Shown here: positions 16,980-28,635 of the stretch, in pieces
Numbering within the stretch: position 1 is the first letter of the stretch
How the letters are laid out: every line of letters starts with the position of its first letter
Sequence record: SRR20825006_1186
Reading direction: 5' to 3' (one strand)
DNA length: 34,048 bases
Position numbers and translations under genes: made by a program
The notes under the pieces: generated by a model
Databases searched by the model: none
What the model was told of the DNA's origin: nothing
The model's input: only the letters and a program-made list of their open reading frames with translations

Positions 16980-19900
16980 GGGTCAGCCACCCCCGCACAT
17001 TGGCCGAGGCCGAGGCCCTGATTGCCACAGGCGCGCAGGCCGTGGTCGGCGGCACGGGGCATCAGTTTCGCTGGTCCCAAGGACAGACACGGCCCGATCA
17101 CCTCGTCAACATAGGCCCACTTTTACCAAATGGGATCAATGGCTTGACCATCGGCGCGGGCACCTCCCTTGAGGACATCCGCCGCGCCGGATTGCCGCTT
17201 TTATCACAGGCGTGCAGGGATGTCGGCGCACCCAATATTCGTCGTCTCGCAACGCTGGGCGGCAATATCGGTTTTGGTGCGGGCTGTCTCATTCCGGCGC
17301 TTTTGGCACTGGATGCCGAACTGAACACCACACGCGGCCCACGTCCTTTGCGCGACCACCTGCGCGATCCAAAAGGCCTCATCCTCTCCATGACCCTCCG
17401 CCCGCTGGAGCGCTCAATTTGGCGCAAAATCGGACTGCGCGCCGCGTTCACGCCCGCAATGATCGTCAGCGCCGGAACACTCGCCTCGCAGGACGGTCGG
17501 ATCACCGATCTGCGCCTCTCGGTAGGGGGCGGTATCGTCGCGCCGCAGCGGCTTACAGAGGTCGAAACATGGCTCATCGGGCAGGTTTTGACAAAGGTTG
17601 ACATGGCCGATCTTGAGACGCGGGTTTTCGCGGCCATCGACGCGCCGTCTTGTGCCTTTCGCAGTGCGGGCTACCGCAAACATGTCGCCGCCAAAGTGAT
17701 CTCTCATGGCCTGCTCGGGCCAGACCTCAAAACCCATTGCCCCAAAACCCTCCGCCCCAGCCCAACCCCGCCCCCGGCTCTCACCGCACTCTCGCGGCAG
17801 GGCGGCGGCGACCGCTGGCACACCCGCCCGGACATGCCCGCAAAGGTGCGTGGCGCCCTGCCCTATCTGACCGATGTGCGCGCACCCGGCATGTTGGTCG
17901 GGCGTATCCTGCGCGCCGCTCACCCTCATGCCGAAATCCTGCGCATTGACACGCGCCGGGCCGAGGCACTGCCGGGGGTGCATGCCGTGGTCACCCATCG
18001 CGACATCACCGGACTCAACGGCTTTGGCATCGTCTTCCAAGACCAGCCCGCGCTTTGTGCCGACAAAGTGCGTTACACCGGTGATCCGGTCGCCGCCGTC
18101 GCCGCGATTGACGCGCAAGTGGCGGAGGCGGCGCTGGCGCTGATCGACGTCGAGTATGCGCCTTTGCCCGCTGTCACCGACCCGGAGATGGCGCTGATGC
18201 CCAGTGCCACGCGAGTGCATGACAGTGGCAATCTTGTTTCTGAGATCACCCATGCCAAGGGCGATCTGACCGAAGGTTGGGCCAAGGCCGTGCATGTGAT
18301 CGAAGACACCTATGTCACCCCGCGCCAGATGCACGGGTTTATGGAAACCGAAGGTGGCTGGGCCGCACCGGATGGGCCTCAGAACGATGGGATTTTGGTC
18401 TGTGCCGGGGGTCAGCATGGCGCGCGCGATCGGTTGCAACTGTCGCGTATTCTCGACATGCCCAAAGAGAAAATCCGCGTGATCTCTTCTCCCACAGGCG
18501 GGGCGTTTGGCGGCAAGGACGAATTGACGGTCCAGCCCGTTTTAGCGCTTTTGGCGCGTAAATCCGGGCGTGCCGTGCGGCTTCACCTCAGCCGAGCGGA
18601 GAGTGTTCAGGCCGGGACCAAGCGCAATCCGATGCGCATTCGGATGAAAACCGGCTGTGATGCAACGGGGCGGTTGGTGGCGCAGGAGGTCGATGTCCTC
18701 TCCGATTGCGGTGCCTATGCGTCGTTGTCGCCCGGCGTTTTAGAAACCGCGATGGAACATGCCGCCGGACCTTATGTGATTGAAAACATTCAAACACGCG
18801 GGCGGCTCGCTTATACCAACAATGGCACATGCGGCGCGTTTCGTGGCTTTGGTGCCAATCAGATGAGCTATGCGATTGAATGTCAGATGGACCGTCTGGC
18901 GGCGAAAGCGATGCTTGATCCGGTGGCGATCCGCAGGCTGAACATGCGTGTGCCTGGCAGTCCCGGCTTTCTGAGCCAAAGAGTTGCACCCTCTGAGCGC
19001 CTGCTTGAAATGCTCAACGCCGCCTCAAGCTCGCCGCTTTGGAGTGCACGAGAGACCAATCCCGACGAGATCATCGGCACCGGCATGGCGCTGAATTATC
19101 AGGGCAACGGGCTTGGCACTTTGCCCGAGGATGAGGCGGAATTTGCGCTGCGTTTGAAGGGCGGTAAAATCGAAGTGCTCTGTGGTCTCGATGAGATGGG
19201 TCAGGGCCTAATCGCCTCGCTTCATGCCGAACTTTCCACGCGTTTGGGCGTGGCCCGCGATGACAGTCGTGCGGTGTTTGGCGACACCGGAACCGCCCCC
19301 GACAGCGGTTCGACCACCGCCTCGCGCGGCGGCTATGTGGTCTGGCGCGGGATCAAGGAGACGGCCCCGCCGTTTGAGACCGAACTTCTGTCGCAGGCAG
19401 GTGCCAAACTTGGCCTACCCCCTGCGGAACTGCGACTTGTCCCCGGCGGGATTGGCGCGCGCGGGGCCAATACCCCCGCGCCGCTGTTGCGATTTGGTGC
19501 AATGGCCGATAGCGCCACGTTCACCACGCAGTTCTCTTTTCCAAAGTCGGATTACACCAAAGGCAACGCCCGCCTGATTTTCGCTTTTGCCACGACATTG
19601 ACGCGTGTGGCCGTGAATCGAGTCAGCGGGCAGGTCCGTGTGCTTGATCTTGAAATGCACACTGCTGCCGGACCCGTGATCGACATGGCGTCCTATTTGG
19701 GCCAGATGGAGGGCGGGTTGATCCAAGGCCTGGGCTTTACCTTGACCGAGGATATGCTGATGCAGGATGGCCGCCCGGTGACCACGAATTTCGACAGCTA
19801 TATGATGCCAACGGTGCGCGATGTGCCCAACACCATGCGGATCACCGCTCTTGAAGATCTTGACCCCGGTGACCCCTATGGCCCGCGCGGAGCGGGGGAG

Positions 19901-20034
19901 TTGGGCATTGGTGCGGTGACGCCCGCGATTGCCAATGCGGTATTTGATGCGATTGGACGCTGGCCGGTGGTGACGCCGTTTGCGCCAGAGAGCCTTTTGG
20001 ATGTGATCGCATCCGTTGAGGCGGAGGCCCAAAC

Positions 20035-20038
<4 letters not shown>
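16976..20038 (+). CDS. Xanthine dehydrogenase-family protein, FAD-binding domain fused to the molybdopterin-binding subunit (PucC+PucD-like)
   Basis: N-terminal ~250 aa FAD domain (VGGTG, IGAG, IRRLATLGGN, RKIGLRAAF). Mo domain motifs HPHAEI, GGAFGGK, GAFRGFGANQ, EMGQG, TTASRG, GQMEGG, GPRGAGELG. Confidence 0.88.
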
Positions 20039-20492
<454 letters not shown>

Positions 20493-20496
<4 letters not shown>

Positions 20497-22001
20497 CATT
20501 CACCTTGACCCCACATGCGCCCAAAACCGACGGCGTGCTGGCGTTTTTGGCCCGGCCCGCGCAACCGATTTGGATCGGCGGGGAATGGCAGATATTGCCC
20601 GATCAGTTTGACAGCCATGATCCCGCCACCGGTGCTCTTTTGACTCGCCTGTCGCGGGCGGGCGCGGCAGAGGCCGATGCGGCGGTGGCTGCGGCGCAAG
20701 AGGCGCTGGCATCAAACGCATGGCGCGGGATGCTGCCCGCCACGCGTCAGGCCTTGTTGTGGAACATCGCTGATCTGATCGAGGCCCACGCCGATGAATT
20801 GGCCGAATTGGAAAGCCTCGATCAGGGCAAAACCTTTGCCACCGCCCGGTTCGGCGAAATCCCCGGCACAGTCGCCCAGTTTCGCTATTACGCCGGGTTT
20901 GCGACCAAATTGACCGGGGACAGTTTTACCCCCTCAATCGGCTATGCCCCACCGGGCAAACAGGTCATGGCCTATACCCGACGCGAACCTGTGGGGGTTG
21001 TGGCCGCGATCACGCCGTGGAATTCGCCCCTTTTGATGGCGGCAATGAAACTGGCGCCTGCGCTTTGCGCGGGCTGCACCGTGATTTTGAAACCGGCCGA
21101 GGAAACATCACTGACCGCGATCCGGCTCTGTAAATTGATCGAAGAGGCGGGGATGCCCAAGGGCGTGGTCAACCTGTTGACTGGCTTTGGACATGAGGTC
21201 GGAGAGGCCTTGGCCACACATGCGGGTGTCGCCAAAGTGGCCTTTACCGGATCGACCGAAATCGGACGGCATTTGTTGGGCTCGGCCAAGGGCAACCTCA
21301 AAAAACTGACACTCGAACTCGGGGGCAAATCCCCGGCGATTGTGATGGCGGATGCCGATCTTGATCTGGCGGTGCCGGGTGTAGCGCGCGGGATTTTTGC
21401 CAATTCGGGACAGGTCTGTGTGGCCGGGTCTCGCATCTATGTTCAGCGCGCACTCTATGATCAATTTGCCGAACGGCTGGTGCAGGCCGCACTTGCGCTG
21501 CGCCTTGGGCACGGGTTGGCACCGGACAGCGATCTTGGCCCGCTCATCAACGCCACACATGCCGCGCGGGTCGCGGGGATTGTCGACCAAGGTCGCGCCG
21601 AGGGGGCCGAAATTTTGACCGGAGGCGGGCAAATCGACGAAGCACCCGCGTTTTTTCAACCAACGATCCTGACTGGCGTGCGCCCCGACATGGCCTTGAT
21701 GCGGGATGAGATTTTCGGCCCGGTGACGGCACTCACCCCATTTGACACGCCAGAGGAGGCCTTGGGCCTCGCCAATGACAGCGAATACGGCTTGGCGGCC
21801 TCGGTCTGGACCGAAAACCTCAGCCACGCGCACAAACTGGCGGCGGCAATCCATGCGGGCACGGTCTGGGTCAATTGCCATAGCTATTTTTCACCGGAAC
21901 TGCCGAAAGGCGGGATCAAGGCCTCGGGTTGGGGCGTGGAAAACAGCGCGCAAGGCTTGGACAATTACCTGGAGAATAAAACCGTCTGCATGGTGATTTA
22001 G
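20493..22001 (+). CDS. NAD(P)-dependent aldehyde dehydrogenase
   Basis: Motifs ITPWNSPL, FTGSTEIG, LELGGKSP, NSGQVCVAGSR, EIFGPV. ATG 20493 overlaps the upstream stop (ATGA). Confidence 0.93.
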
Positions 22002-22076
22002 GGCCGCAAGATACGGCTTGGAGCCAAAAGTCGCCGCTTTGCAGATAAGAAAATGGCCCGCAGCACCGCTTGAAAA

Positions 22077-23258
22077 CTACCCGACCCGCGCCACGGCGGG
22101 CTTGGCCAATTGCCATTTGATCCGGGCAAAGCCCATTTGCACCGCCAAACCGACAAACACATAGGCCAGGTCAAAGATCCACGGATCATAGATCAGCGCC
22201 GCTTTGATCGACTGGCCGAGGATCGACAAAACCGTGCCAAGCGCAAAACAGCCAAGACCAAACCGCCCCATCAATTGGATCGGCCAAACCCAACGGCTGG
22301 CAGAGAGGTGTGTCACCCAATTTTGCGTCGAGAGGAAATATACCAGTGCCAACACATGGATCAGACGCGGGGCGGCAAGAAAGGTTTTGTCGAAATTGGT
22401 GATGTAAAATGGCGCCCCAAGGCTGCGCAAAACGCCCAACCCGCTGCTGCCAACCTCACGGATCGCGTCGATTTTCATCCAGCCCAGAATGAGCACCAAG
22501 ATCGTCAGTGACAGCCATTTGGCCCAGGCCACATTTGGCACCAACCGCTGACCCGCCTTCAACCGCATCCCACAGGCAAGCCCGATGGCAAAGAGGAATT
22601 GCCACGCGAACGGGTTGAAAAACCAACCGCCGGGATTGGGATAGGCGGGCACGTTGAGGCGGGTTTCACCGGTGAAAATCCAAAGCGCGAATGACCCGCC
22701 CAGCATGATCCAGATATTGCGTTGCCCGACCAGGATCATCACCGGCGTCATCAGCAACAAGGCCGCATACATCGGCAAAATGTTCAGATAGCCGAACTGA
22801 TGGCCCAATGTGGCGATCCCAATCGTCGCTTGCACCGGGGCTTTCATCCACGGGCCAACGTTGTTGACCTTCCACATCTTGTCGGCGCCGAACCAATAGG
22901 CCGCGCCCAGCATGATCGCCAAAGAGATCACGGAAATCACCAGATGCACGGAGTAAAGCGTCCAGGCCCGGCCCCAACATTTCGCCACAGCCCGCCACAA
23001 CGGCAAACGCACAAAGGCCAAAGGATAAGCCAGCCCCGCCGCCATCCCGGACATGAAAACGAACCCTTCGGCCGCATCCGAGAAGCCGAAATTGCGATTG
23101 GTAAGGACCTCAAGCGGGTTGCCGGGCACATGGTTGATGAAAATCATCACCAAGGCGAGCCCCCGGAAAAAGTCGAGCCTGGGGTCTCGTGCATTCGGGC
23201 CACGAGAGGATACGGGCACGCCAATCGGTGCGGAGGAGGACGGTTTGGTATGGGACAT
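22077..23258 (-). CDS. opgC: OpgC-family membrane protein (OPG succinylation)
   Basis: Motifs RDPRLDFFRGLALVMIFINHVP, GFSDAAEGFVFMSG, NILPMY, WFFNPFAWQFLF; last gene of opgGIH. Confidence 0.88.
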   Translation of the reverse strand: MSHTKPSSSAPIGVPVSSRGPNARDPRLDFFRGLALVMIFINHVPGNPLEVLTNRNFGFSDAAEGFVFMSGMAAGLAYPLAFVRLPLWRAVAKCWGRAWTLYSVHLVISVISLAIMLGAAYWFGADKMWKVNNVGPWMKAPVQATIGIATLGHQFGYLNILPMYAALLLMTPVMILVGQRNIWIMLGGSFALWIFTGETRLNVPAYPNPGGWFFNPFAWQFLFAIGLACGMRLKAGQRLVPNVAWAKWLSLTILVLILGWMKIDAIREVGSSGLGVLRSLGAPFYITNFDKTFLAAPRLIHVLALVYFLSTQNWVTHLSASRWVWPIQLMGRFGLGCFALGTVLSILGQSIKAALIYDPWIFDLAYVFVGLAVQMGFARIKWQLAKPAVARVG

Positions 23259-23259
23259 A

Positions 23260-25068
23260 TCAGGCAGGGATTTCAGCCACTTGGGCATTGGGCACGACGA
23301 CACTTGGGGAAGTGTCATCCCAAAGCGCGACAATCCGGCGATGATCGGTGATGACCTGCGGCAGGGCGGTTTCTTCCGGCGTCAGAAACACCGGCGGGTG
23401 AGAGGGCTTTGATGTCATCCAGATCACCAAAGGCGCCACCACCAAGGGTACGCCAATCGGCAAAACCCAAAGCATCAGGTTGGGGGCGAAACTATGGGTG
23501 AGTGCCATCACCACGATGCCCCACAGTTGAATCCACCACCCGGCGGCATAGGCCTCGGGAAATGTCAGCCGCCCGTCACCACGTGTCTGCGCTGGCCAAC
23601 CGCCATCGCGCCCCATCACCACCTGCATCACCGCCCGGGTTTGCCACATCAACATGATCGGCGCGTTGATCGAGGATTGGATGAGCTCGGTTATCATGCT
23701 GCGCAGGGCCGTGACTGTACCGCCAAACTCCGCCACCCGCCCACGCGCGATGGCATCGAGTAGGATCAACACTTTGGGAAAAACCAAAAGGCCAAAGACA
23801 CCCACCGCAACCCCCACCGCTTTCGAGGTTTGATCAGAGGGAAACACCGGAAACAATTGGAACGGTTCAGGAAAGAAATCCGGTTCAGGCGCGGTCGCAG
23901 TGGCGTAGAGGTTGGAGGCCAGAAACATCACCCAAAACAGCGGCGCGACGTAGCTGAGGATGCCTTGGAAAAACACGAACCGCGACCAGCCCTTGAGGCC
24001 CGGCGCAGAAATCACCCGGATATGTTGTAAATTGCCCTGACACCAGCGCCGATCGCGTTTGGCGAAATCAATCATGTTTTCGGGGCCTTCCTCAAAAGAC
24101 CCCGCCAAATCTGGATCAAGTCGCACCCCCCATCCGGCGCGCGCCAAAAGCGCCGCTTCGACGTAATCGTGGCTGAGGATATGACCGCCAAAGGGCGGCG
24201 GGCCGGAGAGTTCGGGCAGCGCACAGCTTTCCGCAAAGGCCCGCACCCGCACCATGGCGTTGTGGCCCCAAAACGGGCCCGTGACGCCTTGCATCGCGGC
24301 CTGACCCTGGGCAAAGACCGGCGAATAGAACCCGGCGGAAAATTGCATGGCACGGCCAAAGCGCGAGCGCGCGCCGGTGATGCGCGGCAGGGTTTGCAAC
24401 AGACCAAGCTCGGGGGCCGCCTGCATCCGGCGCACCATTTCAACAATGGTTTCGCCTTCCATCAAACTGTCGGCATCCAAGATCAGCGCGAAATCATATT
24501 GCCCGCCCGAGGTCTCAAAAAAGTCCTGAATATTACCCGCTTTGCGGCCAATATTGCGCGCCCGTCTACGGTAGAAAAACCGGGGGGCTTTCCCTAAGGC
24601 GACCCGCGCGTCTTGGCCGCGGTCAGACCAAAGATGCACGAACCACCGCTCTTCTTCGGGCCCCACTCGGTCATTTTGCGTATCAGACAGGATAGCAAAA
24701 TCAAATTGTTCGGCCACACCAAGCCGGGTGAGCGAGACGTCCATCGCCGCCACGCGGGCAAAAACCACCGCAGGATCTTCGTTATAGACGGGCATCAAAA
24801 TCGCGGTGCGGGTCGTAAGCGGCGTGTTCAGATATGCGGGGGGGTTTCGGGCCGAAATAAGCCCCTCCACCGATTGCATCGCGCCCCAAGCCAGCCAAAA
24901 TGTCGTGATAAACACAAGCGCAGCCCGCACACCATCGACCATCTGATAGCCGTCCGCCGCGCCGAATTGCAAAAACAATGCCGCCGCGCCGATCCCAAGG
25001 CCAACACTGATCAGCAACGCCAAAGCACGCGCAGAACGCGCGCCGCTGGGGGACGTCGATTGGCTCAT
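23260..25068 (-). CDS. opgH: Glucan biosynthesis glucosyltransferase OpgH/MdoH (GT2)
   Basis: Motifs TAILMPVYNED, FAILSDT, RKAGNI, LDADSLM, FWGHNA, ILSHDYVEA, RDRRWCQGNLQH. Confidence 0.95.
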   Translation of the reverse strand: MSQSTSPSGARSARALALLISVGLGIGAAALFLQFGAADGYQMVDGVRAALVFITTFWLAWGAMQSVEGLISARNPPAYLNTPLTTRTAILMPVYNEDPAVVFARVAAMDVSLTRLGVAEQFDFAILSDTQNDRVGPEEERWFVHLWSDRGQDARVALGKAPRFFYRRRARNIGRKAGNIQDFFETSGGQYDFALILDADSLMEGETIVEMVRRMQAAPELGLLQTLPRITGARSRFGRAMQFSAGFYSPVFAQGQAAMQGVTGPFWGHNAMVRVRAFAESCALPELSGPPPFGGHILSHDYVEAALLARAGWGVRLDPDLAGSFEEGPENMIDFAKRDRRWCQGNLQHIRVISAPGLKGWSRFVFFQGILSYVAPLFWVMFLASNLYATATAPEPDFFPEPFQLFPVFPSDQTSKAVGVAVGVFGLLVFPKVLILLDAIARGRVAEFGGTVTALRSMITELIQSSINAPIMLMWQTRAVMQVVMGRDGGWPAQTRGDGRLTFPEAYAAGWWIQLWGIVVMALTHSFAPNLMLWVLPIGVPLVVAPLVIWMTSKPSHPPVFLTPEETALPQVITDHRRIVALWDDTSPSVVVPNAQVAEIPA

Positions 25069-25071
25069 TGG

Positions 25072-25302
25072 TTATCTGCCACGCGCAGTGCGACCGATAC
25101 CGGAGGCGAAAACCCCGATGAGGCGCGACAAAAACGGTGTCTGTGCCACGGCCTCCGCAAGGGGCCGTTCGATCACCTGCCGGGGCATCGCCAAAGGCGC
25201 ATGAGGCAGACGCGCCGCACGCAAAATCTCCGCGTGACGCGTACCGATGGCCCGCGCGTGTGCGTCCTGCGCCGCATCAGAAAGAGACCCTTGCATCATC
25301 AT
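25072..25302 (-). CDS. opgI: Small OpgI-like protein
   Basis: 76 aa between opgG and opgH with an APLAMPRQ motif; ATGA overlap with the opgG stop; matches the opgGIHC order known from Rhodobacter. Confidence 0.65.
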   Translation of the reverse strand: MMMQGSLSDAAQDAHARAIGTRHAEILRAARLPHAPLAMPRQVIERPLAEAVAQTPFLSRLIGVFASGIGRTARGR

Positions 25303-26957
25303 GTGCGTACCCATTGATAAATCCATGTTTCCGTCAGTTTCCGTCCAAAGCCCGCGACATGGGCGACAAGTTCAACCAGCCGCTCATTGCCGCCATCGAC
25401 ATCAATCACCAAACGCCAGCGCGTGGTGTTTTCAATTTTGGAGAGGGCGATATGTTGGATTTTGCCGCCAGACAGGGTCACGACCGGCTCCATCTCAGCA
25501 TCCGCAGGCAGCCCCGCCATCAACCCACCGTCAAAATCAATCACAAATTTGCGCAACGAGGCTTTCGCGCCCGAGACGCCAGACGTGCCGCCTTGGCCCG
25601 CCAAAGTGTTGACAATCCATGCGCGGTCCCCGTCGCGGTCGGTGCCAAGCGCCCCCCACCGCAGACGATACACATATTCACGCGTCTCGCCCGCTTTCGG
25701 CTTCTCAGACGGCACCCAGAAGCTGACGATGTTGTCATTGCCTTCCAGATCGGACGGGATTTCCACCAAACGGATAGCGCCCGGGCCCCAATCGCCCTGC
25801 GGTTCGATCAACACAGAGGGGCGGTCCTGATAATGCGCCCCGGCGTCTTGGTAATCCTCAAACGCCCGGTCGCGTTGGATCAGACCGAAGGATTTGAGGT
25901 TCGGTTCGCTCAGATACGAGCTTGCCAGACGCGGCGGGTTGTTGAGCGGACGCCAGAGCACATCGCCGTCGCGACGCACCACCATCAGGGCGTTGCTGTC
26001 ATGGACTTGCGGGCGATAATCGTCAAAGGCGTCGCTATTCTTTTCGTCGAACAAGAACATCGAGGTCAGCGCGGCCACGCCCAATTGTTCCACATCGCGG
26101 CGGAAATGCAGCTTGGCGGTGACATCAATCACCGTTTCCTCGCCCGGACGGATAACAAACCGATACGCGCCGGTGCAGGACGGGCTTTCGAGGGCTGCGT
26201 AAAATACCACGGTGTCCTGGCCGACGGCAGGACGTTCGAGCCAAAACTCAGTGAAGCGCGGGAATTCTTCTTCGCCGCTCAACCCGGTGTTGATGGCAAG
26301 CCCCCGCGCCGACAGGCCATAGCTGCTGTCACGCGCCAAAGCGCGGAAATAGGAGGCGCCAACAAAGGCCACCAATTCGTCGAACTTATCAGCGCGATTG
26401 AGCGGCGAGTTCAACCGAAAGCCAGCCACACCGGGCAAGGCGACATGGGGCGACACGCGCGCGGCCAAGTCTTCATAATAGAGGAAATCGTCAGTGGAAA
26501 ACGCCATCGGCACCTGCATACCGTCCACGACCTCATGGACCGTCACCGTGTCTTTGTACAACCAACCGGGATGAAAAGCGTGAACCTGAAACAACACGCC
26601 CTCATCGCGCCAGCGGGCACGCAAGGGGTTGAACTGGATCTTACGGTAGTCGTCGTAATCGAGGTCCGTGATCACTTCGGCCGCGGCAACAGGGGCCTGA
26701 TAGTCAGACTGCGCCGCCTCAGACATCCGCGCATCGAGCCAGTCAAACGAAAACGGCTGAGGGCCGATCGGTTCGGCCACAGGTTCGGGCATGACCTCCG
26801 GCACAGGCGTGCTGACGGCTGGTGCATCCACCGTTGGGTCCACGTCTTGTGCCCAAGCAGTGCGCGCCAAGGCGACGGCGGCCACAGACCCCGACAGCGT
26901 GGCAAGAACGGAACGACGGGACAGGCCCGCATCAGAAGAGAGTGACTTTACTGACAT
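25299..26957 (-). CDS. opgG: Periplasmic glucan biosynthesis protein OpgG/OpgD family, Tat signal
   Basis: Tat-like SRRSVL; motifs LDYDDYRKIQF, GASYFRA, YGLSARGLAINT, EEFPRF, LTSMFLF, DYRPQVHDS, NDNIVSFW, ETWIYQW. Confidence 0.93.
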   Translation of the reverse strand: MSVKSLSSDAGLSRRSVLATLSGSVAAVALARTAWAQDVDPTVDAPAVSTPVPEVMPEPVAEPIGPQPFSFDWLDARMSEAAQSDYQAPVAAAEVITDLDYDDYRKIQFNPLRARWRDEGVLFQVHAFHPGWLYKDTVTVHEVVDGMQVPMAFSTDDFLYYEDLAARVSPHVALPGVAGFRLNSPLNRADKFDELVAFVGASYFRALARDSSYGLSARGLAINTGLSGEEEFPRFTEFWLERPAVGQDTVVFYAALESPSCTGAYRFVIRPGEETVIDVTAKLHFRRDVEQLGVAALTSMFLFDEKNSDAFDDYRPQVHDSNALMVVRRDGDVLWRPLNNPPRLASSYLSEPNLKSFGLIQRDRAFEDYQDAGAHYQDRPSVLIEPQGDWGPGAIRLVEIPSDLEGNDNIVSFWVPSEKPKAGETREYVYRLRWGALGTDRDGDRAWIVNTLAGQGGTSGVSGAKASLRKFVIDFDGGLMAGLPADAEMEPVVTLSGGKIQHIALSKIENTTRWRLVIDVDGGNERLVELVAHVAGFGRKLTETWIYQWVRT

Positions 26958-27374
26958 TGCGCAAACATTGAACCGAACTGGCTTCCCGACTTGGTTTCTC
27001 GACTCTGGTTTCCCAGACTCACATCATCCCTGCATGCGACTCACTCGCATGACAGTTCCGTGACATCCGTCAAATATGTTTAGTTTCGCTGCACCGCCAC
27101 ATAAATCTGTAGAACCGTTTGAGAACTGGCGATTTTTCGCGAGTTTGTCAGGGGCGAAATCGGGGTTTTTCGCCGGTTTCGCGGAAAAACAAGGTTGCTT
27201 TCGCCTAAAGCGGCCTTTTATTCCCTCTCTGCGCGAAACCCCGCGCATTGCACGCGCCGAACGCGCAGATTGTCCCCCTATTGAACACCCCGCTATTGAG
27301 CATCAAAGCCCCAGGAGATCACGGCGGGGGCTGTGCCGCTTTTCAACACTTGCACGACAGGGTAGACTGATCCG

Positions 27375-28019
27375 ATGACCGCACCCGCCTTTCCTCATAT
27401 CCCTGACCTTGACGGGATGATGGCTTGTCCCGCCTGTGACGCTTTGCTGGTGGACCGCACTGTCTCGGTCGGAGCCACGGCCTCTTGCCCGCGCTGTCAT
27501 ACGGTGATCGAAGCGCCGCGACCCTTGGCGATGACCCGCATCATCATGCTGGCTCTGGCAGCGCTGATCCTGATGATTGCGGCGGTGTTTTTCCCCTTTC
27601 TCGAATTGGGTGCGGCGGGCATGGTCCGGCGCAGTTCTTTGTTGGACACGGTGATGGCCTATGCCACCGGATTGACCGCGCCGCTGACGCTGGCCATGGC
27701 TGCTTTGATTGTGGTTTTGCCCGTGACCCGGTTTTTGACACTGCTTTATGTGTTGGGGCCGATGGCCTTTGGCTGGCATCCGGCACGCCATGCGGTTCAT
27801 GCGTTTCGAGTGACCGAAGCGTTGCGGCCCTGGGCGATGGCAGAGGTGTTTATCGTTGGCGTTGCGGTGGCATTGGTAAAAGTCGCAGGGCTGGCGCATG
27901 TCTCGCTGGGCCCGGCATTTTGGGCCTTTGTGGCGCTGGTCATCGTGACCGTGCTGAAAGATAATTTTATGAGTAGAGTGACCGTTTGGAAAACCTTAGA
28001 AGCGCGCCGCCGATCCTGA
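27375..28019 (+). CDS. pqiA: PqiA-family membrane protein (first half-type gene)
   Basis: CPACD...CPRCH zinc motif, transmembrane helices, PWAMAEVFIVGVAVALVK. Confidence 0.88.
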   Translation: MTAPAFPHIPDLDGMMACPACDALLVDRTVSVGATASCPRCHTVIEAPRPLAMTRIIMLALAALILMIAAVFFPFLELGAAGMVRRSSLLDTVMAYATGLTAPLTLAMAALIVVLPVTRFLTLLYVLGPMAFGWHPARHAVHAFRVTEALRPWAMAEVFIVGVAVALVKVAGLAHVSLGPAFWAFVALVIVTVLKDNFMSRVTVWKTLEARRRS

Positions 28020-28621
28020 CAGCCCGTGATGCGGGTCTGATCGGCTGCACCCATTGTGGCAAGGTGGACCGACCCGGCGTGGTGCGATGTGCCCGCTGTG
28101 GCGCCCGTCTGCGTGCCCGCGATATCGATGGTTTGCAAAAGGTCTGGGCCTGGCTCATCGCCGGAATGGTCATCTATATACCGGCCAATCTCTACCCGAT
28201 GCTTTCCACCGCAAGTCTTGGGAAAACCACGGAAAACACCATTCTCGGCGGGGTGATCGAACTGATGCGTCACGGCTCCTACGGCGTGGCGGGCATCGTG
28301 TTCTTCGCCTCCATCGTGATCCCGATCGCCAAGTTCATTGCGATTATTTACCTTGGCCTGTCGGTGACACGCAAAGTACGCATGCCGATGCATCGCCGTC
28401 ACACCCTGTTTGAAATTGTTGAATTTATTGGACGCTGGTCGATGATTGATGTGTTTGTGGTTGCGATCCTTTCTTCGCTGGTGCGGTTGGATTTTGCTGC
28501 CACCATCACGCCGGGGATTGCGGCGGTCAGCTTTGCACTTTCCGTTGCCTTCACTATGATGGCCGCCTTGAGTTTTGATGAGCGTCTGATTTGGGACGCG
28601 CGTAACGAGGACGTAGAATGA
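27986..28621 (+). CDS. pqiA: PqiA-family membrane protein (second half-type gene); start uncertain (TTG 27986)
   Basis: CTHCG...CARCG, YIPANLYP, TILGGV, FIGRWSMIDVFVVAIL, FDERLIWD. Confidence 0.88.
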   Translation: MENLRSAPPILTARDAGLIGCTHCGKVDRPGVVRCARCGARLRARDIDGLQKVWAWLIAGMVIYIPANLYPMLSTASLGKTTENTILGGVIELMRHGSYGVAGIVFFASIVIPIAKFIAIIYLGLSVTRKVRMPMHRRHTLFEIVEFIGRWSMIDVFVVAILSSLVRLDFAATITPGIAAVSFALSVAFTMMAALSFDERLIWDARNEDVE

Positions 28622-28635
28622 GGACAATGCCATGA

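Noticed and set aside
25137-26945. 602-aa plus-strand ORF and other long antisense ORFs (e.g. 6319-7575, 1293-2201, 17414-18439)
   Set aside because: They are shadows of well-supported genes on the opposite strand in high-GC DNA and have no recognisable motifs.
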